Origin: Nitrospinales bacterium
Lineage (GTDB): Bacteria > Nitrospinota > Nitrospinia > Nitrospinales > VA-1
DNA: 64,000 bases
Assembly: GCA_965262115.1 (NCBI GenBank)
Contig: OZ253496.1
Location: 896,001-960,000 of the forward strand
Direction: 5' to 3'
Of the stretch, positions 20,395-29,868 are shown in pieces. Positions within the stretch are counted from its first letter, which is position 1; each line of letters begins with the position of its first letter. The notes below the pieces were generated by a model. It saw only the letters and a program-made list of their open reading frames with translations. It made no database searches and was not told the origin of the DNA. The position numbers were made by a program, and so were the translations under genes.

Positions 20395-20510
20395 GTGGCC
20401 CCCATTAAAACTCTCGCCTACTACATCAGCGGTCATGGGTACGGGCATTACGCTCGCCCCATACCGGTTCTAAAACAACTTATTGCCGATTATAACGTGC
20501 ATATAAAAAG
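20395..20510 (+). pseudogene. N-terminal fragment of a GT-B glycosyltransferase/arabinokinase-like gene
   Basis: LAYYISGHGYGHYAR motif, then the frame runs into palindromic repeat DNA. Confidence 0.6.
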
Positions 20511-20705
20511 GGTGGAGGAGAGGCTGCCGAGGCAATCATCGGCTGCCCCCTTTAATCAGCCAACCCTCCCTGTGAAGGGAGGGAAGTTTTTTTCAGGCAT
20601 CCATTCCTTTCCGGCAAGCAGACTGCAGTTGGAAACCGCTTGCCGGTAATACTCATAATTGGCGTTCTTGTCGGAATAAATGACCGCGCCCTTAAAGGAG
20701 GGAGT

Positions 20706-21290
20706 TCAGGGTTTCCCGGAAAGGTACAACACTTTATAAGCCGCAGCGGCCCTCGAAACCCCCTTCACCATCGCCCGAACCGAAAGAGTCGCGCCGGTGA
20801 TGGAATTGATGTCACGATAATCGGTATCTGCTGTCTTTCCGGTGAACTGGTCCATGAAGGAAGGATAGCGCACCTCCCAGCCGCGCGGTTCGCGGTAGAC
20901 CATGATCTCAACATCACGGACCGTGCCATCGACATTCAGAACCACCATAAACGTGATGGGAAACGATTTGCCGATCTCGTGATCAATGAGGGCGTAACCA
21001 ATAGGAACCCCGTCGCGCTTGCCGACATAAAAAGTTATGCGGTTGGTTTTGATGTTTTGCAGGCAAAGTTCACCAATGGCCTTTTTCTGTTCATCGGTCA
21101 GCCATTTTTTTTCGCGGTCGACTTTGTCCGCACCCGGGAAGGCAATTTCAAAAGCCTGCTTTTTCGTGAGGTAGACCTGAATGTCCAGAACCTTTTCTTC
21201 CTCTTCCGAAAAAGAGGAAGGAATAAAAAATCCCTGAACAGAGCCAATGACCCAAAAAACCAGCAAATACTTTAAATATCTGGAAGTCAT
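20706..21290 (-). CDS. Exported FMN-binding (flavinylation-substrate) protein
   Basis: Signal or TM segment, YREPRGWEV, and NSITGATLS matching the [ST]GA[ST] flavinylation motif. Start set at ATG 21290. Confidence 0.85.
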   Translation of the reverse strand: MTSRYLKYLLVFWVIGSVQGFFIPSSFSEEEEKVLDIQVYLTKKQAFEIAFPGADKVDREKKWLTDEQKKAIGELCLQNIKTNRITFYVGKRDGVPIGYALIDHEIGKSFPITFMVVLNVDGTVRDVEIMVYREPRGWEVRYPSFMDQFTGKTADTDYRDINSITGATLSVRAMVKGVSRAAAAYKVLYLSGKP

Positions 21291-21310
21291 AATAGAAAAA
21301 TTATTTTTGA

Positions 21311-21428
21311 TGTCATTCTGAGGAACGCGAGTGACGAAGAATCTCATCCATTTTGCGATACCTCATTACATAAGTAACCACATCGAAAAAAACCAGATCC
21401 TTCTTCGCCAAAGGCTCATTAGGATAAC
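21311..21428. repeat. Inverted pair of GTCAT-type REP-like palindromes
   Basis: GTCATTCTGAGG...GACGAAGAATCTC on plus and GATCCTTCTTCGCC...AGGATAAC on minus; a related copy lies at 2517-2543. Confidence 0.55.
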
Positions 21429-21616
21429 ATGCGGCCCCGACCCGTTTCCCAGCTTTTTACCGCAAAGCCCAAGGGAGGCAAAAATTTTTATGGCTCCATT
21501 TTCGCAGTATGCGCGAAAATACCCGAAAAAAATCCCGGCACCCTGAGAGAAAACTTGGAGGAGCCATCTTCTCAAGATGCCGGGAGTGGAAGTCCTAACG
21601 GACAATTCATCAACTT

Positions 21617-22867
21617 TTAATACATATAGGCAATGCCCAGATTCAATTTATCGTCGGATTGATTATTTCCCAACCTGGTGTGCGTGTGGTCGATCTTTAT
21701 AGCAACCGACGGGGTCGGCAGGTAGGATACCCCAAAGGTATAAACGGCATTTCTGTTTTTGGATTCATCGGCGCGGGTTCCGTCAGGCATCTCATCCTGG
21801 GTCCTCACCCTTTCAAACATGAAATGAGGCACGATGTCATGCGAGGTCTTCCACCCCATTAACTGAGGAAGATGCACCCCCGCCTGAATATTATAACCAA
21901 AATTGTTGGAGGCAATCCCGACGTCACAGTCGCCATCACCAGCACAATAATCATTCATGGCTTGCGCGTCATTAACATCAATATTAACGATGGAAGCGTT
22001 CATGTCGAACCATTTCCAGCGATATTTGATATCCGCTTCCAGAAGGGTAATGTTGCCGTCCTCTTCGATAAGGCCATGCGTAGTATCGCCGTTGACCAGG
22101 GAGAACCCAACCTGCAGACCGGGGAAAAGCTTGGTGAACTCCACCCTGGCGAAGATGCTAAAATCTTTGGCAATGGCTTTATTGACCTGATGCCGCCCAC
22201 CCCGAATACCATTACTACTGAAAGAACTTGCGGAGCCACCGTTTCCATTCCCGCTACCAGCTTTGCCACCATCATCGGTAATGGATTGCAGGGAGTTCAT
22301 GGCATAAAGACGGTAGTTCACCCCGTCCATGGGGGTGCCGAAAATTCCCACGCCGCCGCCGTTCCAGGTTGTCGGAATCAAACGATTTTGCAACAGGGGC
22401 CGTTCAACGGTCCAGAACAGGTTCGGCTCATGAAATTCGTTGAGAAACCCGACAGGAGCCAGCATAACCCCCGCACGGACATTGAAGCCGGGGCTCAACA
22501 GAAAATCCAGGTGACCAAATTCAAACTCAAGTTCCTGCGCTGCGTGTTCGAAGTCGATTTCGGCATTGAGATGAATCCAGTCGGTCAACAACGCATGCAC
22601 CCCGATGACGAAGCGGTGGTTGTCAATTTCAGAACCCCCGTCTTTTTGAGTGTCATTGTTGAAATGCATTTCTCCATAGCCGTGGACGCTGACCCGGTTG
22701 TGATCGGTGGTGCCTGTGCCAAACCCCCGGCTCTTCAAATCTTCCACTTCATCGGAAAGCAGATCGATCTTTCTTTCCAGTTCATCTGTGCTGGCGGAAA
22801 AAGCCGGACCTGCCGCGAAAAAAAGTGCCAGAACCGTCAATGCCAGTAAACCCAGTTTGTGTTTCAT
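21617..22867 (-). CDS. Outer-membrane beta-barrel porin, putative iron-related
   Basis: Signal peptide, short coiled coil, GYGEMHFN, EIDFEH, NEFHEP, and C-terminal aromatic LGIAYMY; RBS GAGGAG. Confidence 0.82.
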   Translation of the reverse strand: MKHKLGLLALTVLALFFAAGPAFSASTDELERKIDLLSDEVEDLKSRGFGTGTTDHNRVSVHGYGEMHFNNDTQKDGGSEIDNHRFVIGVHALLTDWIHLNAEIDFEHAAQELEFEFGHLDFLLSPGFNVRAGVMLAPVGFLNEFHEPNLFWTVERPLLQNRLIPTTWNGGGVGIFGTPMDGVNYRLYAMNSLQSITDDGGKAGSGNGNGGSASSFSSNGIRGGRHQVNKAIAKDFSIFARVEFTKLFPGLQVGFSLVNGDTTHGLIEEDGNITLLEADIKYRWKWFDMNASIVNIDVNDAQAMNDYCAGDGDCDVGIASNNFGYNIQAGVHLPQLMGWKTSHDIVPHFMFERVRTQDEMPDGTRADESKNRNAVYTFGVSYLPTPSVAIKIDHTHTRLGNNQSDDKLNLGIAYMY

Positions 22868-22954
22868 GCTCACTCTCCTCTCCTTTGAAAAATTCCGGGC
22901 CGTTAGCGACACCGGAAAGTAATACGCCTAAGCAAAAGTCATTAATTTATTATT

Positions 22955-22969
22955 TGATAATGGTTATCA
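22955..22969. promoter_or_regulatory. Fur box upstream of the porin
   Basis: TGATAAT-G-GTTATCA (7-1-7). Confidence 0.85.
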
Positions 22970-23036
22970 TTTTTATTAATTTTATATTTATATTTTATAT
23001 TTATAATAAAAACCTGTCTTTATGTCAAGTTTAAAT

Positions 23037-23097
23037 CCATAAAAATCAATGATTTTCTACGTGATAGCCCTCTATACCATTAAAAATCAATGATTTA
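23037..23097. promoter_or_regulatory. Direct repeat containing IHF-like sites
   Basis: CCAT(T)AAAAATCAATGATTT occurs twice about 40 bp apart; the second copy matches WATCAANNNNTTR. Confidence 0.5.
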
Positions 23098-23141
23098 AAT
23101 GCGGCCTTTTTTCTCAATACTTTACAGAGCCAGGCTAAATT

Positions 23142-23156
23142 TGAGAATAATTATCA
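23142..23156. promoter_or_regulatory. Fur box
   Basis: TGAGAAT-A-ATTATCA. Confidence 0.8.
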
Positions 23157-23166
23157 ATTTTATCGC

Positions 23167-23721
23167 TCACCTCGTCTGCATTAACATAGCGAACTCCTTT
23201 ACCCCGCTTTTCGGGATTTTTATCTTGAGAGGATGAAAACCAAGTAGGCAGGCGAGACGGGGCGCAACCCCAGCCACACCTGCCCAGGTTCCGGCTCGGG
23301 CTTTCCCGGAACAAAAATAAACTCCCTGGCAACTTAACGAAGCCGGGTCTTCTTCATTCACCAGATGTGAAACAAAAAAGTCGCAGGCCACAACCGCGAG
23401 ATCAATGGGTTTAACCGGTTTTTCCATGCATTCATAGGTGGAGTTCTGGCAAATTATTCTCGCCTCACGGCCTCTACGCGACAGGAAAATTGTTTTGGCC
23501 CGAATTTTTGAGGATAGATGTTGCAAGAAAATAAACCCGGCCCCTGAGGAAAGATATTCATCGACAATTATCAGGTCGTATATATCCGTGCTCAATTCCA
23601 TTCCTTCACTTCCATCCGCAAACGAAACACAATGCCCAAATCTGGCCAACATGATAGCCAGCTTCCCTCGTTCGGTCTTGTCAGCATGTACCATCAAAAT
23701 TTTTCCAGGAGAAACAATCAT
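23167..23721 (-). CDS. Atypical receiver (CheY-like) domain protein
   Basis: KILMV, YDLIIVDE, IFLS and EKP pattern; acidic pocket degenerate; start overlaps the DUF2325 stop. Confidence 0.6.
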   Translation of the reverse strand: MIVSPGKILMVHADKTERGKLAIMLARFGHCVSFADGSEGMELSTDIYDLIIVDEYLSSGAGFIFLQHLSSKIRAKTIFLSRRGREARIICQNSTYECMEKPVKPIDLAVVACDFFVSHLVNEEDPASLSCQGVYFCSGKARAGTWAGVAGVAPRLACLLGFHPLKIKIPKSGVKEFAMLMQTR

Positions 23722-24014
23722 GCATTCACCTCACTTCCTGTAAAACCTTCCAGGCAACGCTCTAATGCTGAAACGCTGCTGGAATGACTGCGCTCCAGGG
23801 GAATGCCCCGCATCCTCGCCACCCGGGTTGCCTCTTGCACCATAGTGTGAGCAACCGTACCGGTGAAAATGACAATTCCACTAACGCCCGTCATCCTGTT
23901 AGCCAGATTAGGGATTTGCCGACTGAACACTTTGCCCTGATACCCCATGTCCTTGCATTTCTTCTCGTAGGACCTTCTTAACCGATCCAGTCCGCCTACA
24001 ATCGCCACACTCAT
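23718..24014 (-). CDS. DUF2325-family protein
   Basis: MSVAIVGG.DRL...IVIFTGTVAH...HSSSVSAL; RBS AAAGGAG. Confidence 0.8.
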   Translation of the reverse strand: MSVAIVGGLDRLRRSYEKKCKDMGYQGKVFSRQIPNLANRMTGVSGIVIFTGTVAHTMVQEATRVARMRGIPLERSHSSSVSALERCLEGFTGSEVNA

Positions 24015-24065
24015 AAAACCCGCTCCTTTCGTTAAGAGCCCAATAAGAAAGAATAATCTTATTTT

Positions 24066-24080
24066 TGATAACCATTCTCA
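24066..24080. promoter_or_regulatory. Fur box upstream of DUF2325
   Basis: TGATAAC-C-ATTCTCA. Confidence 0.8.
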
Positions 24081-24127
24081 AAATATAAAAAATTAAATTT
24101 TTTTAGCTATGCCAGATGAGCAACAAC

Positions 24128-24373
24128 CTAAGCTTTACGAATACCCAAAGCATTCAGGACATCTCCCGCTTCCTTCAATTTCAAAATTTTTCTTGTCGAA
24201 TTTACACGAACAGAAGTTCCGCCACCACAGTCATTCATACAGGGAACACTACAAACCCTGACTTCGTACAGATTCAGAGCTTCCAGAATTTCCAGCAGTT
24301 CGCGGACGGTCCGGTCAGACGACCAAGCCTTGCACCCCGTCCCCTCACAAATCTCCACATTCTGTTCTCGCAT
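24128..24373 (-). CDS. Thioredoxin-like [2Fe-2S] ferredoxin domain protein
   Basis: ICEGTGC and PCMNDCGGG Cys pattern. Confidence 0.75.
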   Translation of the reverse strand: MREQNVEICEGTGCKAWSSDRTVRELLEILEALNLYEVRVCSVPCMNDCGGGTSVRVNSTRKILKLKEAGDVLNALGIRKA

Positions 24374-24391
24374 TAGCCTGCCCTTAAATAT

Positions 24392-24406
24392 TGATAATGG
24401 TTATCA
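24392..24406. promoter_or_regulatory. Fur box upstream of the ferredoxin-like gene
   Basis: TGATAAT-G-GTTATCA. Confidence 0.85.
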
Positions 24407-24556
24407 ATATAATGCATGCGCCCCACTCTGTCAAGACTTATTGAATATTTTTCCAAAAGTTTTAAATTGTTTATTTATAAAGATTTACATAAAATTTGCA
24501 TAATGAGGTTGAATATTCTTTGCTTTTATTATAGGTTTTTCATAATTTTATAATTT

Positions 24557-24571
24557 TGATAACCTTTATCA
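24557..24571. promoter_or_regulatory. Fur box immediately before the fur start (autoregulation)
   Basis: TGATAAC-C-TTTATCA, ending 3 nt before ATG 24575. Confidence 0.75.
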
Positions 24572-24574
24572 ATA

Positions 24575-25024
24575 ATGAAAATGTTGAACGAATTTGACAT
24601 CTTCAAAGATTTCCTGCATCAGCGGGAGCTTCGTTGGACTCCACAAAGAAAAATGATCCTGGATATTTTTTTATCCTTTGATGGACATATTCAAATCGAG
24701 CCACTGCTTGAAAAAATTCAAGCACAGGATCCCTCTCTCGGGATCGCGACCTTATACCGCACCTTAAAGCTATTGATCGACTGCGGACTGGTGGAAGCGC
24801 ATTCCTTTCAGAACGGAAAGAAGACTTACGAACGCATGTTTCATGTCCACCATCATGACCATTTAATCTGCACACGCTGCGAAGAAACCATCGAATTCGA
24901 GCACCCTCTTATCGAGAAGTATCAAATCGAAATTTGCGAAGCCTATGGCTTTACTTTGAAGAGCCACAAAATGGAATTGTTCGGTGTTTGCAGGAATTGC
25001 AAAAAAATTAAAAACTCCGCCTGA
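24575..25024 (+). CDS. fur: Ferric uptake regulator family protein
   Basis: TPQR, ATLYRTL, HHHDHLICTRC, GVCRNC. Confidence 0.92.
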   Translation: MKMLNEFDIFKDFLHQRELRWTPQRKMILDIFLSFDGHIQIEPLLEKIQAQDPSLGIATLYRTLKLLIDCGLVEAHSFQNGKKTYERMFHVHHHDHLICTRCEETIEFEHPLIEKYQIEICEAYGFTLKSHKMELFGVCRNCKKIKNSA

Positions 25025-25119
25025 TATCTCCAACAAAAAAAACCCTGCTCTAATTTACTTACAGATCAGAACAGGGTTCGCTTGCTTTACAACAATCAGT
25101 TATCTTTTAATTATCATAC

Positions 25120-25587
25120 TTAACTCATATTCTCAGACAAATAATTCTGGATACCAATATCCTTAATACGATTGAACTGGGTTTCCAGCCAGTCCACACT
25201 TTCTTCCGTATCTTCGAGAATACCATCCAGTATTTCTTTGGTGCCGTAATCGTTTTTATCCAGACATGTTTTGATATGCCCGCGAAGACGCGTCACATGG
25301 GCGAGTTCGATTGTATATTGGTTCTTTAATTGATCTTCAACCTTATCCCCCACAAGAACCGTATCGTATTTCTGCATATCCGGAACTCCATCGAGAAAAA
25401 GGATTCGCTCAATCATTTTATCCGCGTGTTTCATTTCTCCCATGGATTCTTCCCGGGCGTGGGACGCCAATTTGTCGTAACCCCAATTTTCCTGCATTTT
25501 GTAATGCACATAATAAATATTGATCGCTGTCAGTTCCGCCATTAACACATCGTTCAGACCATCGATTACCGCTCTATCACCGTCCAT
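25120..25587 (-). CDS. bfr: Bacterioferritin
   Basis: ELTAINIY, ESMGEMKHAD with the heme Met, ERILFLDG; ATG 25587 after GGAGG. Confidence 0.93.
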   Translation of the reverse strand: MDGDRAVIDGLNDVLMAELTAINIYYVHYKMQENWGYDKLASHAREESMGEMKHADKMIERILFLDGVPDMQKYDTVLVGDKVEDQLKNQYTIELAHVTRLRGHIKTCLDKNDYGTKEILDGILEDTEESVDWLETQFNRIKDIGIQNYLSENMS

Positions 25588-25704
25588 GAATACCTCCAGA
25601 ATATTTAAGTTTGTCAGCAAAACGCTCTTCTTGCACCTAAAATACACTCCCCCTAAAAAAAGTCAACCCTTTTGTTTATAATAAGTTATGGATAGTTTTA
25701 AGAA

Positions 25705-25719
25705 TGAGAATTCATATCA
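25705..25719. promoter_or_regulatory. Fur-like box upstream of bfr
   Basis: TGAGAAT-T-CATATCA. Confidence 0.6.
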
Positions 25720-25829
25720 ATAATTTAAAATTCATCAAGTTACACAATATTGCATCCCCATTATGGGCGCGTTAAACAAGGGAAAATGCGCATTAAATTT
25801 TTGCAGAAATTTTTAATTGATAAGGTCTA

Positions 25830-26054
25830 TCAACTATCAAAATTGAGGCTCTCCGTATGAAGCATCATCAAATTGGAAAGATCGGGAGATTGCCTTCCCG
25901 GATCCCAGGCTTTTTCCAAATGATGCGTCGCAGCAGAAAGGCGATTTTCTTTTTTCCAGTAAAGCATTCCCAACTGGTAATGAATATCCGCCTTGCTGCT
26001 ATCGGGAAACAACAAACGCTGATATAACATAATCACATGTCGAAACGCTGCCAA
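25830..26054 (-). pseudogene. Single-TPR fragment, possible remnant
   Basis: ADIHYQLGMLYW...A..HLEKA; no RBS seen. Confidence 0.45.
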
Positions 26055-26072
26055 TTTAAGGAAGAAAGCAAG

Positions 26073-26837
26073 TCAGAACCGGGTTCGGCCATCGAGACGG
26101 GTCATGACCTCCACACCGGAATTGGTGACACAAAGCGTATGCTCAAACTGCGCTGAGAGGTTGCCGTCTTGAGTCACAGCGGTCCATTTATCTGAAAGGA
26201 TTTTTAAATCAGGTTTGCCAAGGTTGATCATGGGTTCGATGGTGAACACCATGCCCTTTTTAATTTCCAGACCTTCACCAAAATTTCCGTAATGCAGAAT
26301 CTGCGGTTCCTCATGAAAATTATTTCCGATTCCATGTCCGCAAAACTCGCGCACTACCGAATAACCGTGACCCTCGGCAAATTGTTGGATCGTCGCGCCA
26401 ATATCACCCAGCCGGGCGCCGGGCTTTACGCATTCAATACCTTTCTGCAGAGCTTCCTTACAGACCCCCACCAGTTTTTCCGCTTTTTTACGAGGTGAGC
26501 CAACGAAAAACGTGCGACTGGTATCCCCATGAAAGCCTTTCATGTAAGTGGTGATATCCAGATTGACAATGTCCCCATTACGCAGTTTCCTGCCGGACGG
26601 AATGCCGTGACAAATCTCTTCATTGACCGAAGAGCAAATGCTTTTGGGAAACCCGCGGTAGTTCAGCGGTGAGGGAACCGCCCCGTGGGATACAATATAA
26701 TCGTGGCAAATCTGGTCCAGCCTATCGGTAGTCACTCCGGGTTTTACATAGGGTTCGATCATAATAAGGACTTCTGCCGCAAGCCGACAGCTTTCCTTCA
26801 TGGTGTTTATTTCTTCATCGGTTTTAAAGTGAATCAT
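26073..26837 (-). CDS. map: Methionine aminopeptidase type I
   Basis: CHGIP, GFHGDTS, GHGIG..FHEEP, FTIEPM, AQFEHT. Confidence 0.97.
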   Translation of the reverse strand: MIHFKTDEEINTMKESCRLAAEVLIMIEPYVKPGVTTDRLDQICHDYIVSHGAVPSPLNYRGFPKSICSSVNEEICHGIPSGRKLRNGDIVNLDITTYMKGFHGDTSRTFFVGSPRKKAEKLVGVCKEALQKGIECVKPGARLGDIGATIQQFAEGHGYSVVREFCGHGIGNNFHEEPQILHYGNFGEGLEIKKGMVFTIEPMINLGKPDLKILSDKWTAVTQDGNLSAQFEHTLCVTNSGVEVMTRLDGRTRF

Positions 26838-27727
26838 TGGGTATAACCGAACTCCTTTATGGTCCGCTTCTGGTCTCTCCAGTTGGCTTTGACTTTAACA
26901 AACAGCTTTAAAAATACTTTGGCACCCAGGCGTTTTTCCAGTTCCTGACGTGCCTGCCGTCCAATATTTTTTAACATGCTTCCCTTCTCACCGATCAATA
27001 TTTTTTTCTGGGAGTCTTTCTCAGCATAAATCGTGGCATCGATCTGCACCACACCGTTATTCTGCTCATACATGTCTTCCACCACGACCGCTACCGAATG
27101 CGGTACCTCGAACCGGGTGAACTTCAATATTTTTTCGCGAATGATCTCACCAAAAAGGAAAGTTTCCGGACAATCCGTCACCATCCCCTTGGGAAAATAT
27201 TCCGGCCCTTCGGGCAGGTAATTCAAAATCAGGCTTTTTAACTGGTCCAGCCCATCTTCCTTCAGTGCCGATATGGGAATGATCTCCTCAAACAACGACT
27301 TTTGATTCATCTCATCCATCAACGTGAGAAGAACGGACTTTTCAACCAGGTCAATCTTATTGATCACCAGAACTTTTTTTGTTTTAACCCCCCGCATGGA
27401 ATCCAAAACAAATTTATCTTCAGCACAAAATCCAGAATCCGCTGAAAGCATAACCAGAATCAGGTCCACATCAAAAAATGTGCTGACACTGGCCCGCACC
27501 ATCATTTCGTTCAGAGCCCGGTCAGACTGATGAATTCCCGGTGTGTCCACTAAGATGATCTGCGCGTTGGGAAGATGCAAAACCCCTGTGATTTTGTTCC
27601 GCGTGGTCTGGGGCCGGTTGGAAGTCACCGCTACCTTTTGAGTCAGTAAACGGTTTAAAAGCGTAGACTTGCCCACATTGGGCCGGCCAACGATGCTGGC
27701 ATAACCTGACTTGAAAGGATCTGCCAT
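26834..27727 (-). CDS. era: GTPase Era
   Basis: GRPNVGKS, PQTTR, DTPG, NKID and KH domain; start ATG 27727. Confidence 0.96.
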   Translation of the reverse strand: MADPFKSGYASIVGRPNVGKSTLLNRLLTQKVAVTSNRPQTTRNKITGVLHLPNAQIILVDTPGIHQSDRALNEMMVRASVSTFFDVDLILVMLSADSGFCAEDKFVLDSMRGVKTKKVLVINKIDLVEKSVLLTLMDEMNQKSLFEEIIPISALKEDGLDQLKSLILNYLPEGPEYFPKGMVTDCPETFLFGEIIREKILKFTRFEVPHSVAVVVEDMYEQNNGVVQIDATIYAEKDSQKKILIGEKGSMLKNIGRQARQELEKRLGAKVFLKLFVKVKANWRDQKRTIKEFGYTQ

Positions 27728-27841
27728 GGCTATCTGTCGGTTGATCTGAGATTGACCATCAATAAAGTTCGCAAAAAATCCGCGCTGTAAGCTAAAATCG
27801 ATTAAAGATAATTTTGAACCCTTTTCGGCTTTAATCATACC

Positions 27842-28978
27842 ATGCCCACTCTAGGAATCTACCTTCACATTCCTTACTGTCTGCACAAATGCGGCTACTG
27901 CGATTTCAACTCCCATCCCGAAAACCGGGAGGAATCGGAGGTCTATGTTCCGGCCCTGTTGTCAGAGATCGACCACTATGCTTCACGACTGGCTGGCAAA
28001 ATGGTCTCCACTGTTTTTTTCGGCGGCGGCACCCCCACCCTTCTACCACCCGCCAGCCTGGATAAAATTCTCGGCAGTGTAAAAAACCATTTCAATCTCA
28101 GCTCAGATTGCGAAATCACCATCGAGGCCAACCCGGCAACAGTGGAACGGGAGACACTGGAACAAATCCGTTCTTCAGGTTTCAACCGCATCAGCATAGG
28201 GGTGCAATCCTTTGATGCGGAAGAACTGAAACTTCTGGAGCGGGTACATAATGAGGAAGAAATCCACACCACTATCGATCGCGCACGTTTGGCCGGGTTC
28301 AGTAACCTCTCACTCGATTTAATGTTCGGCCTTCCCGGTCAGTCCCCGGAAAAATGGAAATCGCATTTACGGCAAGCGCTGGAAAAGAAACCCGACCATA
28401 TTTCTGCCTACAGCTTAACAATAGAACCCGCAACCTCCTTCTTTAAATTGCAAGAGCGCGGAATCCTTCGGCTATCCCCTGAAGAAATCCAACTGGAAAT
28501 GTTTCAGGACACTATTGAAATTCTGCAATCCGCAGGTTACCAGCAATATGAAATTTCCAATTATGCCCGACCGGGATTCGAAAGCCTACACAACCTCAAT
28601 TATTGGGACAACGGCGAATACCTCGGCCTCGGTGCCGGTGCCTCCTCCTATTTAAACGGAGAGCGTTTCAAGAATACCCTTCTGCCTTCCCGCTATATCC
28701 GCGAAGTGCAGACCCGGGGATCAGCGGTGAAATCCACCGAAAAGCTCGCCCCCCTTAACGCTATGGGCGAAACCATTATGCTCGGCCTTCGCCGTCTCAA
28801 AGGCATCGCCATTGAAGATTTTGAAAACCGCTTCCAGATTTCCTTTAAAAATGTTTACGGCAAAGTGATCGATCCCTTACTCAACGAAGGGTTGATCACC
28901 CTCAACCAAAACCATATGGCCCTGTCGCGTAAAGGACTCAACCTCGCCGACTCGGTCATTTTAAAATTTATGGCCTGA
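27842..28978 (+). CDS. hemW: Radical SAM heme chaperone HemW
   Basis: YLHIPYCxxxCxYC, FFGGGTP, YEISNY, HNLNYW. Confidence 0.92.
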   Translation: MPTLGIYLHIPYCLHKCGYCDFNSHPENREESEVYVPALLSEIDHYASRLAGKMVSTVFFGGGTPTLLPPASLDKILGSVKNHFNLSSDCEITIEANPATVERETLEQIRSSGFNRISIGVQSFDAEELKLLERVHNEEEIHTTIDRARLAGFSNLSLDLMFGLPGQSPEKWKSHLRQALEKKPDHISAYSLTIEPATSFFKLQERGILRLSPEEIQLEMFQDTIEILQSAGYQQYEISNYARPGFESLHNLNYWDNGEYLGLGAGASSYLNGERFKNTLLPSRYIREVQTRGSAVKSTEKLAPLNAMGETIMLGLRRLKGIAIEDFENRFQISFKNVYGKVIDPLLNEGLITLNQNHMALSRKGLNLADSVILKFMA

Positions 28979-28983
28979 TAAAA

Positions 28984-29775
28984 ATGAACGATCCTGCTTT
29001 CAAAAAACTAACTGAAATTGTCGATACCCTGATGAGTGAAAACGGCTGTCCCTGGGACAAAGTCCAAACCCGCGAAAGCCTGAAACCTTATCTCGTCGAA
29101 GAGGTCTACGAAACACTGGAAGCTTTGGACGGAAATGATCCAGATGAGATCAAGGACGAACTGGGAGACCTGCTCTACCAGATTCTGTTCCACGCAAAAA
29201 TCTCTGAAAACAGGGGCGAGTTCAATATAAAGGACGTGGTGCATGGCATCTGCGAAAAAATGGTGCGCCGTCACCCGCATGTCTTTAAAGACGGCAATCT
29301 GGAAACTCCCGAACAAGTGGTCACTCAATGGGAAGAAATCAAGAAGCAGGAAAAAAACAATGCTCACCGCGAATCGGTGCTGGATGGTGTCCCCAAACAC
29401 CTGCCCGGACTCCTGCGCGCACAAAAACTGCAAAAAAAAGCCGCCAAGCATGGATTTGACTGGGATGAAATCACCGCTGTCTTCGACAAACTTGATGGAG
29501 AAATTGCCGAGTTCAAAGAGGCCGTACTCTCAGGAAAGGAGACCGACATCTCTGGAGAACTGGGGGATATACTGTTCGTGCTGGTCAATATCGCCAAATT
29601 CAAAAAGATCGACGCCGAAGAGGCCCTGCGCACCACCAACAACAAATTCATCCAACGCTTCCAGTACATTGAGCAACAAGTCGCCAAACGCGGCAAAGAA
29701 CTGAAAGACACGCCTCTCGAAGAACTGGAACAATACTGGCAAGACGCCAAACGCGGAAGGCCACGTAGCCAATAG
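28984..29775 (+). CDS. mazG: Nucleoside triphosphate pyrophosphohydrolase MazG
   Basis: GCPWD, EEVYE, ELGDLL, RRHPHVF, and a second ELGD. Confidence 0.95.
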   Translation: MNDPAFKKLTEIVDTLMSENGCPWDKVQTRESLKPYLVEEVYETLEALDGNDPDEIKDELGDLLYQILFHAKISENRGEFNIKDVVHGICEKMVRRHPHVFKDGNLETPEQVVTQWEEIKKQEKNNAHRESVLDGVPKHLPGLLRAQKLQKKAAKHGFDWDEITAVFDKLDGEIAEFKEAVLSGKETDISGELGDILFVLVNIAKFKKIDAEEALRTTNNKFIQRFQYIEQQVAKRGKELKDTPLEELEQYWQDAKRGRPRSQ

Positions 29776-29868
29776 CCAGCCTGCCGCTGGCATTCTGATA
29801 ATCCACCTTTGCCTTCAGAGTACAAATAATCTATAGCCGTCAAGCCGACAATGCTATTGCCTCTTCAA

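Noticed and set aside
21872..22849. 325-aa plus-strand ORF, and similar long antisense ORFs at 14098, 38570 and 54041
   Set aside because: Antisense shadows of well-supported genes with no recognisable motifs.
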